Made by a program: the position numbers and the translations under genes. The notes beneath the pieces were generated by a model that had not been told where the DNA came from, ran no database searches, and was given only the letters and a program-made list of their open reading frames with translations. Of a stretch of DNA of 24,000 nucleotides, positions 9,619-17,894 are shown piece by piece. The number at the start of each line of letters is the position of its first letter. The first letter of the stretch is position 1. The stretch is from Tetragenococcus halophilus (lineage in GTDB: Bacteria > Bacillota > Bacilli > Lactobacillales > Enterococcaceae): contig NZ_JAKEIT010000001.1 in assembly GCF_021474685.1 (NCBI RefSeq), forward strand, positions 187,915-211,914. The letters run 5' to 3'.

Positions 9619-10530
9619 CTGTTTATTATACCAACTTACTTTATACTGTATTTTCTTTAAAAGATGTTGCCAATCAGATTCCGAAAATTTTGCATTTTCA
9701 CTAAATTTCGGTTGCTTTTCTAGATAAATATGATCATAGTCTCTAACCAAATAATAAGTTAATTGATTAATATAATCTTTTTTTTGGTTGCCCATTGTCA
9801 TATGCAATTTCTGGACTTTTCTTTTTTGTTTTTGATAATTTTTTGCCTGACACAATAACACTTTTCTCTTTTTAGCTAACTTTGCTCGAAATTCCAATCT
9901 TTTCTTAGCTTTTTTCAATTGATAGTAAGAATTATCTTTACAGTTAAGAAAAACATCAGTAGATGACATTTGAACTAAGTTTTCAGGGCAATAAGCAATT
10001 CCTATAGACTTGCCTGTTTTTGATAAAGGCACCACGTTTTCTAAGCAAAGAATTGAAACAAAAAACAACTGATTATTTTTAGCTGAAATCGTCGCCGACT
10101 TTATTTCACCTAAAATTTCCCTGTGCAAGTTTACCTTTACTAGAGACTTAAGTTTAGGTAATTTCAATTCTTTTCCGACAAAATAAATCGTATGTTTTTG
10201 ATTATTTGTGGTATAAGATTGCCAACTACTTTTTTTCGATTTCCATTTAGGATAACCCGCTCTTTTACTAAAGTAATTTTTAAACGCTCGATCTAAATTA
10301 CGCTGGGCATTAGCTAAAGCTAGACTATCCGTTTGTTTTAAAAACGGATAGTCTTTTTTTAACTGAGCAGGAGTCATTCGCGTCTCATAATCTCCCTCTT
10401 GTAGGGATTTTTTTCGGGCATACAACAACTGATTATAGGTAAAACGTACACAACCGAAAGTCTGTATAAAATATTGTATTTGTTCTTCATTTGGATAAAT
10501 ACGAAATTTATAAGCTTTTAATACTTTCAC
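9532..10530 (-). CDS. tldR: TnpB (IS605 OrfB)-derived protein, RuvC-inactivated and C-terminally truncated; TldR-like RNA-guided DNA-binding protein candidate
   Basis: The N-terminus MKVLKAYKFRIYPNEEQIQYFIQTFGCVRFTYNQ is the canonical TnpB start. Other conserved blocks: GYPKWKSKK, KLPKL, IKSATIS..FFVSI. At the RuvC-I position the sequence is GIAYC instead of GIDLG (Ala179, GCT at 9996..9994). Glu271 is kept (YLEKQ). The protein ends at 332 aa, just after the KVSWYNKQL block. It has no CxxC..CxxC zinc finger and no RuvC-III Asp. GTG start with AAGGGGGA RBS, 66 nt after oppF, with no terminator in between. Confidence 0.7.
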   Translation of the reverse strand: MKVLKAYKFRIYPNEEQIQYFIQTFGCVRFTYNQLLYARKKSLQEGDYETRMTPAQLKKDYPFLKQTDSLALANAQRNLDRAFKNYFSKRAGYPKWKSKKSSWQSYTTNNQKHTIYFVGKELKLPKLKSLVKVNLHREILGEIKSATISAKNNQLFFVSILCLENVVPLSKTGKSIGIAYCPENLVQMSSTDVFLNCKDNSYYQLKKAKKRLEFRAKLAKKRKVLLCQAKNYQKQKRKVQKLHMTMGNQKKDYINQLTYYLVRDYDHIYLEKQPKFSENAKFSESDWQHLLKKIQYKVSWYNKQLAFVTPNVKESEDKCFAIEQLGQQITSS

Positions 10531-10596
10531 TAGGTCCCCCTTATTTATAAGGTCTTTAAAATAAGTTTGGTCTTCCCACCTGGAGAATAAATAAAT

Positions 10597-11556
10597 TTAG
10601 ACAGCCTGCTTTTTTTTTGCAGCTTTTTTATTTGCAAGTTTTTCTTGGTATTGTGTTTTCTCTTCTTCAGTAGCATAAACATAATGCCCTGACTCAATTT
10701 CTACCATTTCACGTGCTGTATCCGGATTATCTTGTTCTCCTGTATACTTAATACGTGTTCTTGTCTGTTCATACTCTGGATCAGGCATAGGGATAGCCGA
10801 AAGTAAACTTTCAGTGTAAGGATGAACACCATAATAGTAGATATCATCGCTTGTTCCTACTTCTAACAATTTCCCATCATGCATCACACCAATTCGATCA
10901 CTGATATGTTTAACCATGGACAAATCATGGGCAATAAATAAGTAAGTCAAATTATGTTCTTTTTGCAAGTCTTGTAACAAGTTAACTACTTGGGCTTGGA
11001 TAGATACATCCAATGCCGAAATAGGCTCATCACAAATAATAAATCTAGGATCTACTGCTAAAGCGCGCGCAACACCAATCCGTTGCCGCTGTCCTCCAGA
11101 AAATTCGTGCGGATAACGCGTTGCATGATTCGGATTTAACCCCACAGTTCTCAATAGCTCGTCTACTCGTTCATTACGTTCTTTTTCTGATTTTGCCAAG
11201 CTATTAATATCAATACCTTCAGCAATAATATCTTGAACTTTCATTCTTCCATTCAAAGATGCGTAAGGGTCTTGGAAAATCATCTGTACATCACGACGAA
11301 AAGTATTCATCTCTTTTTTTCCATGTAATTTCATTACATCTTTACCGTCAAATTCAACAGTTCCCCCAGTTGCTTGATTCAAACGAATAATCGTACGACC
11401 TGTAGTGGATTTACCACTACCGGACTCTCCCACTAAACCAAATGTCTCGCCTTCATAGATATGGAAAGTAATGTCATCGACTGCTCTAACTTCATTTTTA
11501 CTGCCTTTATTAAAGTATTGTTTTAAGTTTTTTACATCTACTAAAACTTTCTTCAT
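10597..11556 (-). CDS. oppF: Oligopeptide ABC transporter ATP-binding protein OppF
   Basis: Walker A GESGSGKST, signature FSGGQRQR, Walker B FIICDEP, and the oligopeptide/dipeptide C-terminal extension. The start overlaps the oppD stop (ATGA). Confidence 0.9.
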   Translation of the reverse strand: MKKVLVDVKNLKQYFNKGSKNEVRAVDDITFHIYEGETFGLVGESGSGKSTTGRTIIRLNQATGGTVEFDGKDVMKLHGKKEMNTFRRDVQMIFQDPYASLNGRMKVQDIIAEGIDINSLAKSEKERNERVDELLRTVGLNPNHATRYPHEFSGGQRQRIGVARALAVDPRFIICDEPISALDVSIQAQVVNLLQDLQKEHNLTYLFIAHDLSMVKHISDRIGVMHDGKLLEVGTSDDIYYYGVHPYTESLLSAIPMPDPEYEQTRTRIKYTGEQDNPDTAREMVEIESGHYVYATEEEKTQYQEKLANKKAAKKKQAV

Positions 11557-12617
11557 TTACTTTCCTCCGTTTCCGGCTGTTGTTTCTTTTTGAACGCTTC
11601 CCAACGCATCAAAATTTCTTTCGGCGGTTCTACCTTCGGCGCTTGTGGCGCTAATAACCAGGTAGCTGCTTTATGAGTTTTAGATAATTCAAAAAAGGGC
11701 GGTTGTTTTTGGGTATCGATTTTCATCGCATATTCATTTCTAGGATAAAAAGCATCCCCGGTTGGTGGTTCTAACAAATCCGGCGGCGTCCCTGGTATAG
11801 CATATAAACGATCATCTATACCTTCCAAAGTCGGCATAGAACCTAAAAGCCCCCAAGTATATGGATGTTGCGGATTATAAAAGATTTCAGCAGCTGTCCC
11901 GATTTCTACGATTTTACCTGCATACATAACAGCTACACGATCTGCTACATTCGCTACTACTCCCAAATCGTGGGTAATAAAAATAATGGAAGAATTGACT
12001 TTTTGTTGGATATCTTTCAATAACTCTAAGATCTGTGCTTGAATTGTCACATCCAAAGCAGTCGTTGGTTCATCTGCTATTAATATTTCCGGGTAACAAA
12101 TTAAAGCAACTGCAATGACGATCCGTTGACGTTGGCCACCAGAAAATTGATGGGGATAATTCTTTAATCGTTTCTTCGCATTAGGTATCCCTACAAGTTC
12201 TAATAATTCTAAAGCTTTTTGTAAAGCATCTTTTTTCGATACTTTGGTATGTTTTAATAATGATTCAGCGACTTGTTTTCCAATCTTCATTGTTGGATCC
12301 AATGAAGTCATGGGATCTTGGAAAATCATCGAGATATCTTTGCCTCGAATTTTTTGCATTCGTTTTTCCGAATTTTTTAAAATATCTTCATCATTAAATA
12401 AAATTTGGCCATTTTCAACAACTGCATTTTCAGCTAATAGACCCATGATGCTTCGAGTCGTTACTGATTTTCCACTGCCTGATTCACCAACGATTGCTAA
12501 CGTTTCACCTTGATATAAATCAAAACTTACATCACGGATCGCTTGAACCTTTCCAGCATAGGTGGTAAATGAAATTTCTAAATCTTTGACTTCTAAAACT
12601 TTTTTCACCATAATCAC
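11553..12617 (-). CDS. oppD: Oligopeptide ABC transporter ATP-binding protein OppD
   Basis: Walker A GESGSGKSV, signature FSGGQRQR, Walker B ILIADEP, and the HPYTWGLL motif of the OppD C-terminal domain. Overlaps the oppC stop. Confidence 0.9.
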   Translation of the reverse strand: MIMVKKVLEVKDLEISFTTYAGKVQAIRDVSFDLYQGETLAIVGESGSGKSVTTRSIMGLLAENAVVENGQILFNDEDILKNSEKRMQKIRGKDISMIFQDPMTSLDPTMKIGKQVAESLLKHTKVSKKDALQKALELLELVGIPNAKKRLKNYPHQFSGGQRQRIVIAVALICYPEILIADEPTTALDVTIQAQILELLKDIQQKVNSSIIFITHDLGVVANVADRVAVMYAGKIVEIGTAAEIFYNPQHPYTWGLLGSMPTLEGIDDRLYAIPGTPPDLLEPPTGDAFYPRNEYAMKIDTQKQPPFFELSKTHKAATWLLAPQAPKVEPPKEILMRWEAFKKKQQPETEESK

Positions 12618-13657
12618 TCCTTCATCTTCGGATCAAACGCATCTCGTAAGCCATCTGCCAGTAAATTAAATCCAATCATAATGACAGAAAGAACTACTGC
12701 AGGTATAGCCATTTGATAAGGCAAGAATAAGAAAGTCTTATATCCTTCATTGAGCAATGTCCCAAGAGATGCAGTCGGAGGTGTTAATCCAATTCCGATA
12801 AAACTCAAGAAGGCTTCAAAGAAAATGGCTTCTGGAATACTAAACATCATTTGAATAATAATCACACTAGAGATATTAGGTAAAATATGTTTAAAAGCAA
12901 TTTTAGTCCTACTTTCTCCTAAAGTTGTTGCCGCTAAAACAAATTCCTGATCTTTTAATTTAAGTGTCTGGGCTCGAGCAATCCTGGCCATCGGTATCCA
13001 ATTGGTAATGGCCATTGCCGCAACAATTGAGAAAATCCCAGGATTAAACACTACTAACATCAAAATCATTACAACAAGGTTAGGAATTCCGGCTAAAACT
13101 TCGATGACTCGCTGCATATAGTTATCCACTCTGCCACCTAATAGACCCGAAATGACGCCATAACTGACCCCGAAGAGAATATCTAGCGCTGCTGCAATAA
13201 AAGCGATCATTAATGAAATTCGTACACCCATAAATAAACGGCTTAATAAATCACGCCCTAGACCATCTGTTCCTAAATAAAAATGAACATCTTCTGGTAC
13301 ATCAGCAGCTTCATAACGATCCACCATTTCTCCGCCAACTTCAGATACCCCATTTAAACCATTAATGTCAATTCCGGGTATCTTAGGCGGTAAATTAATA
13401 TAACTAGAATTTTGCTCGGTTGGATCATGCGGTGTAGCAAAGATAGTTACGACTGATATGAGCAGCACAATGATAAGAAAAATAGAAGAAAAAACAGCCG
13501 CTTTATTTTTCTTTAGCCGACGCCATGAATCTTGTAAAAAATTTAGCGAAGGGGCTGTAATAGCTTCACGTTCCACTTTAGTACTTTTTTCTAAAGGCTC
13601 AAATTCAGAAGCTGGAATTTGTGTGATTTGGTCATTTGTATAATTTTTATCTTCCAT
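12614..13657 (-). CDS. oppC: Oligopeptide ABC transporter permease OppC
   Basis: 347 aa. N-terminal OppC-type extension and 6-TM BPD-transporter core. 1-nt overlap with oppB. Confidence 0.88.
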   Translation of the reverse strand: MEDKNYTNDQITQIPASEFEPLEKSTKVEREAITAPSLNFLQDSWRRLKKNKAAVFSSIFLIIVLLISVVTIFATPHDPTEQNSSYINLPPKIPGIDINGLNGVSEVGGEMVDRYEAADVPEDVHFYLGTDGLGRDLLSRLFMGVRISLMIAFIAAALDILFGVSYGVISGLLGGRVDNYMQRVIEVLAGIPNLVVMILMLVVFNPGIFSIVAAMAITNWIPMARIARAQTLKLKDQEFVLAATTLGESRTKIAFKHILPNISSVIIIQMMFSIPEAIFFEAFLSFIGIGLTPPTASLGTLLNEGYKTFLFLPYQMAIPAVVLSVIMIGFNLLADGLRDAFDPKMKE

Positions 13658-14598
13658 TATCCACGACTCCCTTCTGAAATACGGATACGAGGATCAACAA
13701 TACCATATAATACGTCAACAACAAAGATAATCGACACTAACATCGTAGAATAAAGAATAGTTACTGCCATGATTGTCGGATAATCATTGGTCATAATTGA
13801 TTTAACAAATTGCTCTCCAATACCTGGTATAGCAAAAATATTTTCAACAACAAGTGATCCAGTCATTAGCGCAACTGCTAATGGTCCTAGTAAAGTCAAA
13901 ATTGGGATCAAGCTATTACGTAAACCGTGTTTAAACGCTCTCTCCCAGCGACTTAGACCTTTTGATTTCGCTAGTTCAACTTGATCACTATGTAACACTT
14001 CGACCATTTCAGTACGTATAAAACGAGCTGAATCCGCTAGCGGTGACATTGCTAGTGCTAAAGTAGGTAAGATCGTATAGGCAAAACTATCCCATCTTGC
14101 AATCGGTAGAATTTCTAATTTAATCGCAAATACGTATTGCAATAATACAGCAAACACAAAGTTAGGAATAGAACGTCCTAAAATAGCAACCAAGGTACTT
14201 AAAGTATCCACCCAAGTATTTTGCTTCATTGCAGAAATCGTTCCTAAAACAATTCCAAAGATCGTTCCAAGTCCAATGGCTTGAATCCCTAATTGAAGGG
14301 ATGGACCAATACGTCCACCTAATAAACTAGATACAGCTTGGTTTTTAAATTGGAAAGAAATCCCAAAGTCACCTTGCATAATATTTACCAAATACTCTCC
14401 ATATTGTACGATCATCGGTTGATCTAGTCCCATTTGTTCATTTAATAAGGCAATTTGTTCTGGACTTAATCTTTCAGCGTTAGTATAAGGTGTTCCTGGC
14501 AAAAACTGCATCATGAAAAACGTGATGGTTGCAATCAACCACAATGTAATTGCCATGAAAAACACACGTTGCAATAAATATTTTATAAAATCGTTCAC
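13657..14598 (-). CDS. oppB: Oligopeptide ABC transporter permease OppB
   Basis: 313 aa. GTG start behind an AGGAGG RBS. Typical OppB/DppB permease, ending IVDPRIR. Confidence 0.88.
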   Translation of the reverse strand: MNDFIKYLLQRVFFMAITLWLIATITFFMMQFLPGTPYTNAERLSPEQIALLNEQMGLDQPMIVQYGEYLVNIMQGDFGISFQFKNQAVSSLLGGRIGPSLQLGIQAIGLGTIFGIVLGTISAMKQNTWVDTLSTLVAILGRSIPNFVFAVLLQYVFAIKLEILPIARWDSFAYTILPTLALAMSPLADSARFIRTEMVEVLHSDQVELAKSKGLSRWERAFKHGLRNSLIPILTLLGPLAVALMTGSLVVENIFAIPGIGEQFVKSIMTNDYPTIMAVTILYSTMLVSIIFVVDVLYGIVDPRIRISEGSRG

Positions 14599-14687
14599 GT
14601 TTTTTCCTCCTATTTCTTTGACTTCTAAACAATATTTTTATACATTAAATCTATCTTTATTTTTATAGCTAAGAGAGGTACCTCCTT

Positions 14688-15023
14688 ATGAGATTTAAAA
14701 AAAGTTCTTGGATCATCAGCCTAACAAGTTTGTTAGTTGGTATATTACTCACGATCATCCAAAAAGATTTTTCCCTTACTGCTTTATCAGATAATTTATT
14801 TTTATTTACTTTATTTTTTCTGATCATTGGCGGTTTTCTCTGGGTATTTTCTTCTGGTTTTTTTGATAATTTTCAACGATCTTTCAAGAAAAAAAATAAA
14901 AAAACAAAAACAGAAGGTATGAAATTGTCAGAAGTCGGTCGTTCCAGCTTTCGTTTCTGGCTAGAACCTGCCGGAATACTACTTTTATTAAGCCTGTTGA
15001 CTTTACTATTGGCAATTTTCTAA
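14688..15023 (+). CDS. Small membrane protein (possibly DUF3899-like), opposite strand, between oppA and oppB
   Basis: 111 aa. Three hydrophobic segments separated by a basic KKKNKKTK loop. GAGAGG RBS. Followed by the terminator at 15025..15076. The family name is tentative and from memory. Confidence 0.55.
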   Translation: MRFKKSSWIISLTSLLVGILLTIIQKDFSLTALSDNLFLFTLFFLIIGGFLWVFSSGFFDNFQRSFKKKNKKTKTEGMKLSEVGRSSFRFWLEPAGILLLLSLLTLLLAIF

Positions 15024-15024
15024 C

Positions 15025-15076
15025 AATAAAGACTGAGACACTGCAATAAAGCAGTTAGTTGTCTCAGTCTATTTTT
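15025..15076. terminator. Bidirectional terminator (end of oppA and end of the small plus-strand gene)
   Basis: 11-bp stem AGACTGAGACA (15030..15040) / TGTCTCAGTCT (15060..15070), with an inner CTGC/GCAG stem and T/A runs on both sides. Confidence 0.85.
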
Positions 15077-15097
15077 ATCTTCAAGTTAGCCTACAAA

Positions 15098-16762
15098 CTA
15101 TTCGTCGATAGTTACCCATTTGTAATCATACTGTGCACCTGTAGGATGGGTGACAAGACCGTTTACACGATCTGCTCTTAAGTGTGCTTCAGCATTTTGA
15201 TACAATGGAACTACCCCTTGTTCTTCCATAATGATATTTTCAGCTTCTACCAAATTATCCCAACGTGCTTCAGGATCATTGGCATTTTCATTCGTTGCTT
15301 CATCAATTTGTTGATCGTAATCTTCATTACTGTAATGCCCATGGTTATTTGACGTATCCGTTTGGAATAAGTCAAGGAAAGCACTTGGATCAGCATAGTC
15401 AGCACCCCAGCCACTTAGAGCCATGTCAAAATCTCCAGAAGTTGAACGATCTAAACGAACAGAAAAAGGTACCGGACTTAATGAAACACTTACTCCATCC
15501 AAGCTATCTTGAATAGATTCTTGTAAGAACTCTTGCGCTCTTCTAGAATTATCCGTATCATCTGCCAATAGATCTATTTCTAACGAATCTTCACCTAGTT
15601 CTTCTTGGGCTTGTTCCCAATACTCTTGCGCTTGTTCTTGATCATATTCTATCTGGCTACCTGCATCTTCAGTGAAATCATCTCCGGTTTCTGGATTTTC
15701 ACTCATATCACTTGGTACTAAGCCAGAAGGTTCAATCGAACCGTCAGCTAAAACGGAGTTAACTAAAGCTTCACGATCAATAGAGTAAGAAATCGCTTTA
15801 CGGAAGTTTTCGTTTGCAAATGGTGAATCTTCATCCTCTTGATTCATCTCCATATAGAAGGTAGATGCTTGAGGAACTGTGAGATAATCAGGATCATTGG
15901 CCATTTGCTGTGCAAGTTCGCCACTTAATGTAATCTCATCTGCTTGCCCATCTTGGAATAAGTTCAAAGCAGTTGAAGCTTCTTTAACAACATTCACATT
16001 CACTCGATCTAAAGAAACATTGTCTGCATCCCAGTAATCTTCATTTTTATCATAAGCCCATTCAGTATCTGATCCAGGACCGTCAAAATCAGCTAAAACA
16101 AATGGACCATTGTAAACCATATTATCACTTGTCTGTGCGTAATCATCGCCATTTTCTTCTACGACTTCTTCATTTTGCGGGAAGAAGACTGGAAAGGCCA
16201 ATAAATTGTCAAAATATTCTGTCGGCCTTTCTAAGGTAATTTCCAATTCATATTCATCAGTGGCTTCAATTCCTAGTTCATCCAGATCTGCATCGCCGTC
16301 CATTACAGCTTGCGCGTTTTCAACCGGTTCATAAATATACGCAAACTCTGAAGCTGTTTCTGGATCAACCGTACGTTGCCAACCATAAACATAATCATCA
16401 GCTGTTACTGGATCACCATTTGACCAAGTTGCGTCTTCGCGCAATTGAACAGTATAGGTTAACCCGTCCTCTGAGACTTCTGCTTCTTCGGCAGCACCAG
16501 CTGGTTGAGGTTCATCATTTTCATCTAAACGATACATCCCTTCATAAACATTGTTTAAGGCCGAAAAACTAACTGTATCTGTAGCCTGTGATAAATCCGC
16601 TGTTGGCATTTCCTGTCTTTCAATAAAAGTATACTCATTTCCTGAAGTACCAGAAGCACCTTCGCCCCCACCTTCACTTGAATCTTGTGTTTGTCCTGTC
16701 GTACAACCAGCAAGTACCAAGGAACACACCGCAAATAAACTATAAACATATTTCTTTTTCAC
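15098..16762 (-). CDS. oppA: Oligopeptide-binding lipoprotein OppA (ABC family-5 substrate-binding protein)
   Basis: I place the start at GTG 16762..16760 behind AAAGGAG, not at the track's 16804. This gives VKKKYVYSLFAVCSLVLAGC with lipobox LAGC. The mature protein is about 530 aa and very acidic, with the family-5 SBP layout. Confidence 0.88.
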   Translation of the reverse strand: MKKKYVYSLFAVCSLVLAGCTTGQTQDSSEGGGEGASGTSGNEYTFIERQEMPTADLSQATDTVSFSALNNVYEGMYRLDENDEPQPAGAAEEAEVSEDGLTYTVQLREDATWSNGDPVTADDYVYGWQRTVDPETASEFAYIYEPVENAQAVMDGDADLDELGIEATDEYELEITLERPTEYFDNLLAFPVFFPQNEEVVEENGDDYAQTSDNMVYNGPFVLADFDGPGSDTEWAYDKNEDYWDADNVSLDRVNVNVVKEASTALNLFQDGQADEITLSGELAQQMANDPDYLTVPQASTFYMEMNQEDEDSPFANENFRKAISYSIDREALVNSVLADGSIEPSGLVPSDMSENPETGDDFTEDAGSQIEYDQEQAQEYWEQAQEELGEDSLEIDLLADDTDNSRRAQEFLQESIQDSLDGVSVSLSPVPFSVRLDRSTSGDFDMALSGWGADYADPSAFLDLFQTDTSNNHGHYSNEDYDQQIDEATNENANDPEARWDNLVEAENIIMEEQGVVPLYQNAEAHLRADRVNGLVTHPTGAQYDYKWVTIDE

Positions 16763-16923
16763 ACCACTTGCTCCTTTTTTATTGGAAATTTTCAGAATTA
16801 TCACCTTTTTCTGAAGTTATATAAGATTGTAATTATTAATTATTAAAAAAGCAAGAGAAAATTGAAAATAAAATAAGGAAATACTTATCATTTATTTGAA
16901 AAGCGCTATTTATCAGCTTTTTT

Positions 16924-16960
16924 AAACAAAAATTCTCAGATGTTTATCTGAGAATTTTGT
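16924..16960 (-). terminator. Terminator of the C26 peptidase gene
   Basis: 10-bp stem AATTCTCAGA (16931..16940) / TCTGAGAATT (16947..16956), followed by a T-run on the minus strand. Confidence 0.8.
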
Positions 16961-16972
16961 TTATATATTTTT

Positions 16973-17680
16973 CTATAAGTTTTTTACCACATAGTTAAAT
17001 ATCCTCATCTCGTTTGGTTGTGCTTCAAAAGCAAAGTCCGGATGCCATTGAACACCTAATAGACGCTGTTTTTTATTTTCAACCGCTTCAATCACACCGT
17101 CAGGACAAAGAGCCGTTTCTGTAAGATTACTAGAAAGACGGTTTAGCGCTTGGTTATGAAAAGAATTAACACTGGTCCTTTCTCCATAAATTTCTTGCAA
17201 AATGCTACTACCTTTTGTAAGCAACTGGTGCGTTGGTTGCTCTCTAGGGACTGGATCTTGCATATGTAAAATTTTAGTAAAAGAGGATAATTCTTGTTTT
17301 AAATCGCCACCGAAAAATACATTCATTAACTGCATTCCACGACAAACCGCAAATACCGGCTTTTTTTGTAATAAGGCTTCTTCTAACAATGCTAATTCAA
17401 AATGATCACGTGCTTCAGAATAGTTTCCTTGAACAGTCTTTTCTTGTTTATAAAACTTCGGTAAAACATCTTGGCCGCCAGTTAATATTAGTTTGTCAAC
17501 TTGAGAAATATAATCCTTAGCTAAATCTTTTGTCCCCACCGGCAAAACAAGAGGCAGACCACCTGCTTGTTGAACCGCCTTAACATAACCATCCGGTGTA
17601 TAACTGATAGGCAAATGATGTAACGTTTCTCCAGAATCCAGTATATTATTTGCGGAAATACCAATAATTTGGCGTCTCAT
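16973..17680 (-). CDS. Peptidase C26 / class-I glutamine amidotransferase-like gamma-glutamyl hydrolase (PuuD-like)
   Basis: 235 aa. Nucleophile motif AVCRGMQL, plus the FHNQ and VQWHPD blocks typical of the family. TTGACA-17-TATTAT promoter at about 17740..17712. Confidence 0.8.
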   Translation of the reverse strand: MRRQIIGISANNILDSGETLHHLPISYTPDGYVKAVQQAGGLPLVLPVGTKDLAKDYISQVDKLILTGGQDVLPKFYKQEKTVQGNYSEARDHFELALLEEALLQKKPVFAVCRGMQLMNVFFGGDLKQELSSFTKILHMQDPVPREQPTHQLLTKGSSILQEIYGERTSVNSFHNQALNRLSSNLTETALCPDGVIEAVENKKQRLLGVQWHPDFAFEAQPNEMRIFNYVVKNL

Positions 17681-17894
17681 ATTACATCCTCCTTTCCTTT
17701 TTGTTTGCTAAAATAATAGTCTTTTAGTTTACAATTGTCAACAAATTGATTCCATTGTACTTATTTCCTATATAACAAAAATACCCTACTTTTAGCTAGT
17801 AAAAATACCTAACATTCCACATTTTTATGTGAAACTGCTAGGTATTGTTTTTTGTTCGAATGAACAGCTTTAAATACAATCTTAGTGATTACTT

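Noticed and set aside
9445-9660. Plus-strand 71-aa ORF antisense to the TnpB-like gene's 3' end and RNA tail
   Set aside because: The track's start codon here is GTG and there is no RBS. It spans the bidirectional-terminator flank and the hairpin region, and is most simply explained as the antisense shadow of structured, AT-rich sequence.
8466-10530. Reading tnpA (8466..8921) and the TnpB-like ORF (9532..10530) as one two-gene IS605/IS608-type element
   Set aside because: The two genes are 610 bp apart. That gap holds a strong terminator, an independent promoter and a complete host M-box riboswitch. The IS200 left-end hairpin (9011..9029) lies between tnpA and the M-box, so the IS ends before reaching the TnpB-like gene. 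The TnpB-like gene is also upstream of tnpA and lacks catalytic residues. The two are independent: one is a tnpA-only IS200, the other an opp-linked TnpB derivative.
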